Positions 11,496 to 24,190 of a stretch of DNA of 64,000 bases are shown in pieces. Within the stretch, counting starts at the first letter, position 1. Every line of letters starts with the position of its first letter. The notes under the pieces are model-generated. The model ran no database searches and had not been told where the DNA came from. It saw only the letters and a program-made list of their open reading frames with translations. Location: positions 54,151,926 to 54,215,925 of the forward strand of contig NC_057719.1 in NCBI RefSeq assembly GCF_004010195.1, in the 5' to 3' direction. Made by a program: the position numbers and the translations under genes. Origin of the DNA: Chiloscyllium plagiosum (lineage: Eukaryota).

Positions 11496-12691
11496 CTCAT
11501 TTTATTTTGCAAGACAAGTAGATACATAATGGCAGAGAGAGGGGATAGAGGAGGAGGAAGACTCCCTGACCTCAGCCTCCTCACAACACATGAGAAAGGA
11601 GTGATGGAGACCACTGGAAAGGAATGGATATGATCAGTCACACACAGCTAGGCTGGAATGAAAAGGAGTAAAGAAAAAGAGGTAATCATTCTGCTGGTGG
11701 CATTTAGATAAATAAGATGTCCACAATGACATTTGAGGTGCTCAATCTGTGATGATGATTAAGTTGCTTTTTTTTTGTTCTCCATGATAGGTTATCACCA
11801 TTCAAGAATCTTACAAATGCCATCGGAAGAATCTTGAGTCACGTCAACCAGCACAGTTACTCACAAATGATACACAGACGGTTCATGTATAGATTCAGTC
11901 TGGTTTGTACCCTGCAGACCTGGCCCAGCTGAGGGAGCATGTAACTGCTGAGGCCCCAGAAAATTGGAGGACTGGTTGGGAATAGATCCTTTCTGATCCC
12001 CTTTTTTAATGACAGCCCTCTAGTCCTGGTCACATGAAGCCTACTTGTAAAATTTAAAAGAGTGTTTAAATCAATTAGATTTGTTCAATTTAGTTGAGTT
12101 TGTCTAATTAAAGTATGTAAACTTCAAACTGTGTAAGTCATCCACTTCCAGTTCAAAATATATATAAGATCAGACAAACTGAGCAATGAATAACTTCAAA
12201 TATAATTTAATATAGCCAAGTAAAATAAATTGTTCATTATAGAATTAAAGATTATTGAAGTGACAAACAAAACAAAATACAAAAAAATACACTTATCGAC
12301 AATACATAACAGACTTCATACTAGATTGAAAACACAATTCTCGAACAGGAAATTTCTTCCTCTCTATTAACATTGGCCAGAAGGTAAGAATTAATTGAAA
12401 ATTTAGGAGCAATCAAGGCATTGTTATCATTGTCATCAGCCACTCTTTAATTTGAGCTTGTTGTACTCATGAGTTTCCGCCATGTGGTGACAGGCCAATC
12501 CTCAACCTGCAGCTCTCTGGGCAGATGCACAATGTCCCATGAGGTAGTGGGATCCAGAGTGTGGCATTTACTTTCATGTCTTTCCTCTCTGCCACACACC
12601 TGCAGAAAAATTAAACTGCACTTCCAAAGGTTTTTCAGTTGCAAATGTCATTCAAAATTATCTTACCTGCAAATTGACTGCCTGGCTTTCA

Positions 12692-13043
12692 GGAGAAAAT
12701 GAGGACTGCAGTTGCTGGAGAGTCAAGAATTGAAAAATGTGGTGTTGGTAAAGCACAGCAGGTCAGGCAGCATCTGAGGAGCAGGACAGTTGACATTTTG
12801 GGCATAAGCTCTTCTTCAGGAATGTTGAATTTGGATTGTATATTGGCTGAATTCTCTGGCACTTATCAAAGATCAAGCTTCCTGCTATAAAATGGGCCCA
12901 ACACTCAGCTGAGGATCTCTATGGGGCTGCATCCCAATGAACACTGGTGAACAATGTACATATAGATGAAGGGCTTAAGCCTGGAACATTGACTCCTCGA
13001 ATGCTGCCTGACCTGCCATGCTTTTTGAGCGCCACACTTTTCT
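12692..13043. mobile_element. Two head-to-head Neptune-type pLTR arms (12692-12823 minus, 12966-13043 plus) enclosing captured flanking DNA
   Basis: Both arms match the pLTR (gcagcaggtcaggcagcatc, degenerate hammerhead). The enclosed 12824-12960 is an inverted copy of 13051-13188. Confidence 0.8.
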
Positions 13044-14849
13044 AAATAATAGGTGCACTGTTGACCAGTGTTCATCTGGATGCAACCCCATTGAGATCCT
13101 CAGCTGAGTGTTGGGCCCGTTTTATAGCAGGAAGCTTGATCTATGAAAAGTGTCAGAGAACTCAGCCAATGTACTGTCCAAATTCGGCATTTTGGCATCA
13201 CATCAGTTGGTACCATATGCAGTGTGGCATCATGGTAGGATAAGGTCAGAAGCTCTTGATACGCTTAAAGGATGCCTGAATGTTCGCCTTACTCAAGATA
13301 GTGTTTGGGTTGTAGCAGAAGCAGCTGACAATGTGGTCTTACTGAGTAAGATGATCAACTCATTTTCCTCAGCGATGCTTCAGATTTGAACTTCACTTGC
13401 ATCAATGAAGCTAAATATAGTGCTGCCTAATAATAACAGAATGGAAGAGATAATTAAGTGGCGCTTCATAAAAAAGGACACAAGAAGTTAATAGTTTGTT
13501 CGGTAAGTAGCATTTTCAATAATAGAAAATAAATATGAGCAAATCAATTGTACCAATGTACCAAACCTATGAGAAAACCCAGCCATTTAACAACATGCTA
13601 AATTAGGAGAGAATTTACAAATTGTTATTTCTCATAAATAACTAACACACACAGCACCAACGACTTTAAAGTGTTGAAGCTCAGTCTTTAAAGTATTCAT
13701 GAACTTAGCATTTTTAATTATTTAAGTAGAATAAAACAGACATCCAAAACTAAGCTGCAGTCTTGGGTGAATCACAAGTGCAAAAGCTTTGACTAATTGT
13801 TTAAACCATTTCTGGTGAGACTTTTCACCTTCCAATTTCAATTTAGAGGACACCAAGGATTCAAAGTAGAGTTTATGATTTGTGATCAAATGTGAGAACC
13901 ACAACTAAGAGTATCAGCACTAACCTGCAGTAAAATTGCTTTATAGTACCAAAATATATGAACTGAGTGATGGAGCCAATTCATAATTTGGCAGTCCCAA
14001 CATTAGGCAGTATCACAGGGAGCCTCAGTGAGAAAATTGCAGACAGGGAGCAACTGGTGTTCCATGTCTTCAATTATTGACATTGCTGACGAGGCACTGG
14101 CCTGCAATTTTAATCACACAGCTCCTGTCAGCTCTACTCCATGCTGTGAACACCCTATAATGGAATCATCCTTAATCTCCCCTTGGTAACAGAAGAGCTG
14201 TTAATGCAGGCTATGCCATACACTACCAGAATGTGCATCTCTACAAAGTGTCTGCTCTCAATGGATAAAAGAAAGCTAAATATTGACACAAAAGAATGGT
14301 GCTCAAGGAAGCCCTGAAACACTCGTCACACATTGTTGGTGACCAGCAGCCAGTGATGAGTTGCAGGTAGCTTTTGTCTGCTGGACTGTTCCCAGCTGGG
14401 AAGGCACAGTACCAATTAAGAAACAGGAGACACTATTTATAGGCATCAAAGTCATTGTACAACTACAAGCTCAAAAGTAAATTTGAAAGCAGCTTTCTTT
14501 CTGGTGCTTGTACTAGAAGGCTAGTACAGCACCTTAGATGAACAGCATGGATTGCTGAAAACAATCTGAGTGTAAATGTTCCCTAAGGTCTGACACAGTT
14601 AAGGTTTCTATGAAGGTAGCCACCCTCTGGACTATGAGAAGGGCCTTGCAGGGAAAACAAGATGTAGTTTATTAGTCTCTGAAACCATTTGCAGGTTAAA
14701 GGAATATTCTCTATGGACTAAATCTTTTGCTTTTGGCTAAGCCCAAGTTGTGCCCATGCATCTTCAAAGGCCCATTGGGCACCCAGGCATTTCAGTCCAG
14801 AGTGGCTCTACACGGTTGCTAATATTTGTTCTGGACATGGCAAACAGGG

Positions 14850-15045
14850 GGAATTCTGTGCCCATTTTCTGGTTAGGGTCCTGGAGTTCCCGTTGGATGA
14901 AGTGGGGCCTTGCTCTTCCAGCCAGGACAATACCAGCTGGTCTGAGGATGCCTTCAGTATAAAGCAGTCTCAGCCATCTGGAGGAATGACCAGCAGGTAG
15001 GCAGAAGGTCAATGCCATTCTCCACCGTGCCAGGTTAAGTTCACC
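14850..15045 (+). mobile_element. Fossil PIF/Harbinger Myb/SANT-like exon
   Basis: AVSAIWRNDQQ..QKVNAILHRAR resembles the helix-3 region of Harbinger Myb-like proteins. Similar to 25180-25350. Confidence 0.4.
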
Positions 15046-17588
15046 ATCTTCTCGGCCATACTTCAAAATACCACACACACCTCTCAACAAATCTCATGCT
15101 CTACTACTCTCACTACTGTCTGTAATATCTCCTTCACTCACCCCAATCCCCAGCTCCACTAACCCTGCGTGCTCTCTACAATACCTACTCACTTATTCAG
15201 GACACCTCCCCACCTGCAACATCAGTAATAGCTGTGACACCTTTCATCTTCTGTAATATTAGCTCCTCTCTCATTCTGTGAGGAAAACAATCCACTTTAG
15301 GCCAGAGGGATTCAAGGCGAGTAGCATGTCTCCGTATGGTGTCTTCTAAGGCACTTTAATTTATACATGTTGCTACTTTTGTGCCTTGGTGAACAATACA
15401 TCACCTAATATAGTCCCAAACGCATACCGTATGCTCTTAATTTTTCAGCTTCTGACTTAGCATTCAGTTAAAACCTATTCTCTACTGCAAGTAGTCTTTT
15501 TTCTGGGATGTCTAATTTTGTATTTTATTTAGCACTCTTCTGAGAGTAAAGCTTAAAATGGCAATAGACCATGGCTTCCTAACCTGATTAAAGATTTTAT
15601 CTTCTTTAAAGATTTTTATTTTATCATAAAAACAACTATACATTTTGCTGATGTTCCAGAGTTCTGGATTTCTGCACTTTTGCAGCTACAATAAAAGTTT
15701 TTTTATTCATTCAAGGGATATGGATGAGGCTGACTGGGTCAGGATTTAGTACCCAGCCTTAATGCACTGGAGACGTTTGTGGTCAGCTCCTTTCTTGAAC
15801 CATACCTTTTACAACTGTGACAGAATCTCGTGAAAAAGATTCTACGTTAGATCAGAGTGTCTCACTTCTTTAAACTGATCACTGAACTAAAAATAAGGTC
15901 TTCCATCTTTCCTTACATAATGTGCTGCAGAAAGTTAAACATTGCAGGAGGAAGGTGGACATCTAGTACACAAAAGTGACACAAAAACCACCCAAAGAGA
16001 GGTTTGAAGGACATAATTTGGTATGTTTTTTCCATGACAATTGACTCTTGTAAGTAATTACTTGTTCTCTACACATTCATGAAGCCATTATGCATAGCCA
16101 GACTTTAGAGTTCAAGTGCTATATCTAGAAAGTCTCTAATTAGATAATTAGGGAGAGCACAATGCCTGTTAAGAGTGTAACTTGAATTTATATTACAGAT
16201 GAATCATACTTTGCCAGTTTTCTTTAGTCCAAATTAAAGGCATAGGTTTCATAAAATTGTCCCCAGCAAAATTCACATGCATCTGTTCTTTCAACTGATG
16301 GCAACGATGTGCTATGACAAGAGGCAATTTAACTTTATAGCCTTTCAAACTGAACTTGAAATATTGAAATATTGTGGCCTTGTAATTACATTCTGGAATG
16401 CAAATGGAAGAGCATTAAACACATTCATCTGGAATTCACTCGTTGCTGTTTTGATAGGGGTGTGAATCCATTTAGCTTAAATGGCAAATTCTCCAATACA
16501 ATAATAGAGAGAGAACTTAGATAAAGTTTGATAGGCATTCAAAAGCTTACCTGGCAGAAGCACATTCAGTTAGTAACTTTCAAAAGGTAACAGGATAAAC
16601 ACTTGAAATGAAAAATTGAAAGACTCTAGAGAACAATCAAGGGTTGTTCGTGAATAGTCCCTTCGGTTCGTGGGACTATTCAAACTCTCTTTCAAACAGC
16701 CAGGATTGACATAATGGGCCGAATGGTCTGCTGTATTCTGTATTGTGTTATGATCTTCATACTTCACAGTGACATTTCAGGACAACTATCTCTTTAATGG
16801 TTGACCAGCATGTTGCTAATCATATTACCTTTCTTTTATTTAGTCTTTATTAATATTACTTATAGCAAAATACCCACATAGCTGCCCTACAAATGGACAC
16901 TTACAAACAAAATGATAATGGATACAGCTAACAATGCCAGAGCATTCCACCTGAACCAAGTCACATCACTAGGAACAAGAACATTATTTTCCTCCCAATA
17001 ACAAATTACACTATTTAATGATCAAAATAAAGATTTAAAGATATATCACACTTCGTGGCCTGAATTTTCATGCAGGCGGATAGTAGGTCTGGTTTAGTCA
17101 AAATGACACCAGAGGTTAAATCCGAAAGTCCTGCTCCCAGTCTGAGCATCCAACATTTTTTCACAGCTTGTCCTGTCTATATCTGTGATTCACACCTTAA
17201 TTGTATGCATTAAAGTACAGCTGTCTTCAGTCAAATCAAATTTAGTGTGATATCCAAAACATGACTTGTCTACCTCAGTCCTACAAGGGGAATATATAAA
17301 TTCACTGGAATTTTTTAGATATATAGTAGATGTTTTTTGCAAATGTGTCATTTTCCTTTGGAAAGATGATCCTGAGATATCTTTGGGAACATTAAGGTGC
17401 TGTATGGGGGACATCGCTTGCACTTTGGATTGTTAAAAGTAGAAAGTTCTAATTAGCCTGGCTGTTCTAACGAGCCTGTCAAGGGAGGTAGTTGTTAATT
17501 TGTTAAGGCATTTAAATCTCCTGTCCTTTAAATGTTTGAAAATCTTTTTAAAAAACTGTCTTCAGCATTAAAAGAAAACTGCTTCCTA

Positions 17589-18149
17589 TTTCTCACTGTT
17601 AACTTTTTTTTTCTTTTTCTTCTTTTTTTTTCCTCAGCACCCATGGTGTGTGTGTGTGCAGGTGTGAGACACAGTGAAAGACACAAAGTACACGAATCTT
17701 TATTCAAATTCCACCACCAGGAAGATAGGAAAACACTCACTGTTAACTTTTTTTTTCTTTTTCTTCTTTTTTTTTTCCTCAGCACCCATGGTGTGTGTGT
17801 GTGTGCAGGTGTGAGACACAGTGAAAGACACAAAGTACACGAATCTTTATTCAAATTCCACCACCAGGAAGATAGGAAAACACCCAGGTGGCCAGTGACA
17901 AACACTGCCCTTTTTCTCACTGTTAATTTTTTTTTCTCTTTTTTTTTTCTTTTTTTATTTTAACCCCCACACTACCACCTAAGTGTGGTAGTGCTTGTTT
18001 TCTCCCCAGCACCCATGGTGTGTGTGTGCAGGTGTGAGACACAGTGAAAGATACAAAGTGCACGAATCTTTATTCAAATTCCACCACCAGGAAGATAGAA
18101 AAACACCCAGGTGGCCAGTGACAAACACTGCCCTTTTTCTCACTGTTAA
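17589..18149 (-). mobile_element. Three tandem 3' tails of a poly(A)-ended LINE (L1/Tx1-like), each bounded by the same target sequence
   Basis: On the minus strand each unit has AATAAA, a (CA)n stretch and an A-rich tail. ctcactgttaa occurs at 17592, 17736, 17916 and 18139. Clade assignment is tentative because no ORF is present. Confidence 0.65.
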
Positions 18150-19653
18150 ATATGTTTTAGGTCAATTGTTATAGGATTAGTGTTGCATGACTGATTTCAC
18201 AACCAATCATTTTGACAGTGAAGTGTTTGTCAATTCAGTTTGATTGATATCTTAAAATAATTATAAAGTCTTTGAAGTGGGACGATGAATACAAATGCTT
18301 GTTCTTATAAGGTATTAAAGGACATTAAATGCATTGAATGGGTTTTTACCAATGAATATGTATCATTAAATAATAAATTCACCAACTGATATTTAAGAAC
18401 TTTCATTATTTTCTGCATGCATCTTGAGGTCTGGCATGGTACATATTGGTTGAGTTGACAAGGAAGTGTAAGGGAAAAGGGTAGTGATTTGGGACTTGAA
18501 TTGACATGAGGTGGCAATAAGTTTGCTTGGAGCTCTAAGGAATCATGTGTGGGGAGTGGATTGCCATAGTTTGACAAAGGGGCCACAAAAGGCAATGTAG
18601 TTGAGTAGCGGTGGATAGGTTTACACAGGTTATATAAAGGTTCACAGGGTGATTAGAAGGACATGCATTCACATGGAATGTAAGAGGGGCCATGGGATTG
18701 GACAGAGTGACACTGGTTTGCATAGAGAGCAAGAAGGGCTTTGTAGGAGGGTAGCAGTCCATACATTGACACCGGTGCTGTAAAGGTCCATGGAAGGGTA
18801 TAAGATGTTTTTCCTGATCTAAAGGTTCTTGCCTCTACTCTGGATATTAATGGCACACACAGCCTGAATACTGTTCTTCTAGGTGTTGCAACCACTCACC
18901 AATCATACATACAATTATACTGGTTGCTTAGGAGTTCTACAAACTAAGCTCCGCTAACAGGACTCAAACCCATCTTCACTCCAGTATGAAATTCCTATTC
19001 AAATTCTTTCTTTACACTCTTTCCTTGTAATAGATGTGTGTTATATTAAGTAATACATAGTTTTGGTCCTTTTAATTGGCTTTTAATGCCATCACAGTCT
19101 TATCCAAATCTCCTGCCAGATGTACTCTCTCAATCTCCAACGTTGGAGCAGAGGAGGCACTTTTATGTTGTTAATGAGCAAATGATATGCCCTCTGTATC
19201 TCACTCTGTAACGGTACATGTTTAAACCAACTGACTGACTGCTGATCCTAGCAAGTCTGTGCCTGCCCTAACTTTTCACTCTTCCCTCCTGTTCTTAATT
19301 CTTCCTCAATGTACCAGTTGTCCAACATGAGACAGACTTTGAACACACTAGGGCAGTATATATTCATTAATATCAAAGAACTAAAAGAACAGTTTCATGA
19401 ATCAAAACGATTCATGCAGTAAAATGGTTAGAAAAATGCAATTGTTTATGAGGGATGGCAGGCAGGCCACAGAAGAATAGAGGCGAAAAAGGACCATGGA
19501 GGTTGGTAGAGGCCTAAGGATTGCATGGGATGGCATGAGGAGTGTGTGGGAGAGAGGATTTGGGGATGAGGGTTTGAGGAATGTCTTTTAGGTTCTTTTG
19601 AACTGCTAAGACACAGTGATGCAGAAGGTCAGGCAGCATCCAAGGAGCAGGAG

Positions 19654-19689
19654 AGTCGACGTTTCGGGCATAAGCACTTCATCAGGAAT
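19654..19689 (-). ncRNA. Minimal hammerhead ribozyme motif
   Basis: Minus strand reads ATTC-CTGATGA-A-GTGC(TTAT)GCCC-GAAAC-GTC-GACT, with one stem II mismatch. Confidence 0.65.
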
Positions 19690-22569
19690 GAAGAGGGTGA
19701 GCTAAGCAGGCTAAGATAAAAGGTAGAAAGGAGGGACTTGGGAGAGGGGCGTTGGGAATGCGATAGGTGGAAGGACGTTAAGGTGAGGGTGATAGGCCGG
19801 AAAGGGGGTGGGAGCAGAGAGGTCGGGAAGAAGATTGCAGGTCAACAAGGCGGTGCTGAGTCCGAGGGTTGGGGAGAGGGGAAATGAGGAAGCTGGAGAA
19901 ATCTGCATTCATCCATTGTGGTTAGAGGGTTCCTAGGCGGAAGGTGAGGCGCTCTTCCTCCAGGCGTCGTGTTGCCATGGTCTGGCGATGGATGAGGCCA
20001 AGGACCTGCATGTCCTTGGCGGAGTGGGAGTGTTCAGCCACAGGGCGGTTGGGTTGGTTGGTACGGGTGTCCCAGAGGTGTTCTCTGAAATGTTCCGCAA
20101 GTAGGCGGCCTGTCTCCCCAATGTAGAGGAGGCCACATCGGGTGCAGCGGATGCAATAAATGATGTGTGTGGAGGTGCAGGTGAATTTGTGGCGGATATG
20201 GAAGNNNNNNNNNNNNNNNNNNNNNNNNNNNNNNNNNNNNNNNNNNNNNNNNNNNNNNNNNNNNNNNNNNNNNNNNNNNNNNNNNNNNNNNNNNNNNNNN
20301 NNNNNNNNNNNNNNNNNNNNNNNNNNNNNNNNNNNNNNNNNNNNNNNNNNNNNNNNNNNNNNNNNNNNNNNNNNNNNNNNNNNNNNNNNNNNNNNNNNNN
20401 NNNNNNNNNNNNNNNNNNNNNNNNNNNNNNNNNNNNNNNNNNNNNNNNNNNNNNNNNNNNNNNNNNNNNNNNNNNNNNNNNNNNNNNNNNNNNNNNNNNN
20501 NNNNNNNNNNNNNNNNNNNNNNNNNNNNNNNNNNNNNNNNNNNNNNNNNNNNNNNNNNNNNNNNNNNNNNNNNNNNNNNNNNNNNNNNNNNNNNNNNNNN
20601 NNNNNNNNNNNNNNNNNNNNNNNNNNNNNNNNNNNNNNNNNNNNNNNNNNNNNNNNNNNNNNNNNNNNNNNNNNNNNNNNNNNNNNNNNNNNNNNNNNNN
20701 NNNNNNNNNNNNNNNNNNNNNNNNNNNNNNNNNNNNNNNNNNNNNNNNNNNNNNNNNNNNNNNNNNNNNNNNNNNNNNNNNNNNNNNNNNNNNNNNNNNN
20801 NNNNNNNNNNNNNNNNNNNNNNNNNNNNNNNNNNNNNNNNNNNNNNNNNNNNNNNNNNNNNNNNNNNNNNNNNNNNNNNNNNNNNNNNNNNNNNNNNNNN
20901 NNNNNNNNNNNNNNNNNNNNNNNNNNNNNNNNNNNNNNNNNNNNNNNNNNNNNNNNNNNNNNNNNNTGGGGACCGGGGAAGCGAAAATCATGGAGGAGGG
21001 GGAGGGCGTGGGTGGTGTCCCGAACGTAGGTGGGGAGTTCTTGGACTAAGAGGGACAGGACCGTGTCGAGGTATGCAGAGATGAGGTCGGTGGGGCAGGA
21101 TCAGGCTGAGACAATGGGTCGCCGGGGCAGTCAGGTTTGTGGATTTTGGGCAGGAGGTAGAAACGGGCGGTGCGGGGTTGTGGGACTATGAGGTTGGAGG
21201 CGGTGGATGGGAGATCTCCTGAGGTGATGAGGATATGGATGAACTGTTCAACCTCCTCGTGGGAACATGAGGTAGCACCGATACAGTAATCTCGCAGAAC
21301 ATCCACTGCCTCCAACCTCCAACCATGAGGTGCTACCTTGTGCTCCCATGAGATGGTTGAACAGTTCATCCACTTTACTAACACCTTCCACCCTGACCTC
21401 AAATTTACCTGGACCGTCTCAGACTTCTCCCTCCCCTTCCTAGACCTCGGGCGACCGACTCAACACGGACATTCACTATAAACCGACCAACTCCCACAGC
21501 TACCTAGATTACACCTCCTCCCACCCTGCCCCCTGTAAAAACGCCATCCCAGATTCCCAATTCTTTCACCTCCGCCGCATCTGCTCCCAGGAGGACCAAT
21601 TCCAATACCGAACAACCTAGATGGCCTCCTTCTTCAAAGACCGCAATTTCCCCCCAGACATGGTTGACGATGCTCTCCACCGCATCTCCTCCACTTCCCG
21701 CTCTTCTGCCCTTGAACCCTGCCCCTCCTATTGCCACTAGGCCAGAACCCCACTGGTCCTCACCTACCACCCCACTAACCTCCAGATACATCGTATCATC
21801 CTTCGTCATTTCCGCAATCTCCAAACAGACCCCACCACCAAGGATATATTTCCCTCCCCTCCCCTATCAGTGTTCCAGAAAGACCACTCCCTCCGCGACT
21901 CCCTCGTCAGGTCCACAACCCCCACCAACCCAACCTCCACTCCCGGGACCTTCCCCTGCAACCGCAAGAAATGCAAAACTTGTGCCCACACCTCCCCCCT
22001 CACTTCCCTCCAAGGCCCCAAGGGATCCTTCTATATCCATCACAAATTCACTTGCACCTCCACACACATCATTTAATGGATCCGCTGCACCCGATGTGGC
22101 CTCCTCTACATTGGGGAGACAGGCCGCCTACTTGCGGAACGTTTCAGAGAACACCTCTGGGACACCCGCACCAAATAACCCAACCGCCCTGTGGCTGAAC
22201 ACTTTAACTACGCCTCCCACTCCGCCAAGGACATGCAGGTCCTTGGCCTCCTCCATCGCCAGACCATGGCAACACGACACCTGGAGGAAGAGCGCCTCGT
22301 CTTCCGCCTAGGAACTCTCCAACCACAAGGGATGAATGTAGATTTCTCCAGCTTCCTCATTTCCCCTCCCCCCACCTTATCTCAGTCCCAACTCTCGGAC
22401 TCAGCACCGCCTTGTTGACCTGCAATCTTCTTCTCGACCTCTCCGCCCATACCCCCTCTTCGGCCTATCACCCTCACCTTAACCTCCTTCCACCTATGGC
22501 ATTCCCAACGCCCCTCCCCCAAGTCTCTCCTCCTTACCCTTTACCTTACCTGCTTGGCACACCCTGCTC

Positions 22570-22605
22570 ATTCCTGAAGAAGGGCTTACGCCCGAAACGT
22601 CGATT
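22570..22605 (+). ncRNA. Minimal hammerhead ribozyme motif
   Basis: ATTC-CTGAAGA-A-GGGC(TTAC)GCCC-GAAAC-GTC-GATT. Confidence 0.8.
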
Positions 22606-23807
22606 CTCCTGCTCCTTGGATGCTGCCTGACCGGCTGCGCTTTTCCAGCAACACATTTTTCAGCTCTAATCTCCAGCATCTGCAGTCCTCACTTTCTCCA
22701 CAGTGCTGCAGAACCATGGTAGGCCATTCCAATAAGTGTCAACCACAAATTGCTGTCCCTGTGGCTACCTCCATACTCTTATCAGAGATGGTGGGTATGA
22801 CAGCTATTACATGCCATTGACTACAGAACAAAAATCTGATCGTACAGGGTAGTTTTTGCAGAGTTGGGTTCCTGGAGATGGGAGTTCTCTTGACTCAGCG
22901 CTCCTGATGTGATGGCTGTATCATGTCAATCAGAAACGCTGCGAATGATTTCAGTTCAAGCAAATTATTTTAATCATTTTGATACACATTGGCTTATATT
23001 GGCATAACAAAGTGCAATAATGGTATGGGGCAGGCCGCAAAGTCATTGCAATGAATTGTTTCAGACTGGATATATAGTCGGGAAAGAAATGAGGTTAATT
23101 CTATTTGAGTTGACAAAGGAACAGAGAGATTGGATGAGGTTGGTTAACTCAACCATATAAAATCATAACTGTCTTCACAGATTCCACTTCACCAGGGGAC
23201 AGTCACCGAGCTGCGTCATCTGGTCAAATCTAATTATGCATTGTTAACAATAGGACAAGTTATGACTGTGGCAGTAATGGTAACCACAGTGTGCCTCCAG
23301 CTCCTCCATTCAGTCATAATGAACAAATTCATCAAGTGAGCCAGTGATATATCATTTACCATTGCAAACATGCTTATTATATTCCTCTATCATTTAAATA
23401 AAGACAGTGAAATGAGAGAATGCTGTTATTCTTCTGCACCACAAAATCGGAGGCATTATTTTATGCGATGCAGGTTGAGGCCTCAAGGTTAATCCGAATT
23501 ATACTTGTGTTGTCTACACAAATCACAAACTGTAAGGAGTTTCATTTGATCAATGTGCAGCGACCAGAGAATACGATTATGTGGCTCAATACCCATGTCT
23601 TAAGCAGCACTTAGAATCCTTTTACTTTAGGACGATCCTCTCTGCCTCAGTTATTAAAAGAGGAAGAGCGATTTGGCTCCTCAGTAACCAAAAAATGCTC
23701 TATTAAGTTGTGCTATGGATACTTTTGCCACTACAATATTAGGTAAAAACAGATTTTTGAAAAAGGCTTGTGTAGAGTTAGCAATAATTTTTGAATTACA
23801 TGCTTAT

Positions 23808-24190
23808 TTATTCATGGGTTGTGAACACTCTTTACCTATTCTTCATTGCCCAACAGAAGGTGATGTTGGGCAATCTTCTTAAACTGTTGGGTGAGGGGGC
23901 ACACATGGCACTATTAGGAAAGGAGTTCAGGCTATCAATCCAGAAACAGTGAAAGAATAGCAAAATTTTCCAAATTGGTTACAGTTGTGACTAGGATGAG
24001 GACCTGCCTGTGTTTGTGTTCCTATGCTCTTGTCAGTCTAGGTGGTAGAGTTTAGAGGTTGCAACAAAGTGATCTTGGTGAGTTGCTACAAAGCTTCCTG
24101 TAGGTGGTATATATTGCTGCTGCTGCTGTACATCAACTACGAAGAGAATGAATGTTTAAGATGGCTGATGAGATGTCAATCAAGTCAACT
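23808..24190 (-). mobile_element. Old LINE (CR1/L2 group) 3' fragment
   Basis: Shares its terminal motif (ttattcatggga/g...gcccttgagaag-like) with 15700-15810 and 25400-25565. Highly diverged. Confidence 0.4.

Larger units (their letters stand above)
9950..11990 (+). mobile_element. Fossil PIF/Harbinger Myb/SANT-protein gene, interrupted by CR1 and SINE insertions
   Basis: About 10065-10190 gives ..FPEDGNRRPS..GMAEEVS..VQCMK. About 11510-11620 gives HNGRERG..GGGRLPDLSLLTTHEKGVME, resembling the HNRRER.KTGGG motif of Harbinger Myb-like proteins. Heavily decayed. Confidence 0.5.
19627..22698. mobile_element. Neptune-type Penelope insertion with two head-to-head arms (minus 19627-~21236, plus ~21330-22698)
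   Basis: Minus arm: RTARFYLLPKIHKPDCPG. Plus arm: DIHYKPTNSHSYLDY, GTFPCNRKKCKTC, IRCTRCGLLYIGETGR (GIY-YIG). TSD cacagtgatgcagaa (19612-19626) / cacagtgctgcagaa (22699-22713). Gap at 20205-20966. Confidence 0.92.

Noticed and set aside
17589..18149. Regularly spaced repeat resembling a CRISPR array
   Set aside because: The intervening units are copies of each other rather than unique spacers, have poly(A)/AATAAA features, and the context is a vertebrate genome.
19933..21049. Long ORFs of 290-350 aa in the ORF track (also 47470-48472, 60744-61633, 31151-31676)
   Set aside because: Their length comes from translating N-gaps (20205-20966, 31300-31426, 47678-48147, 50432-50568, 60978-61236).
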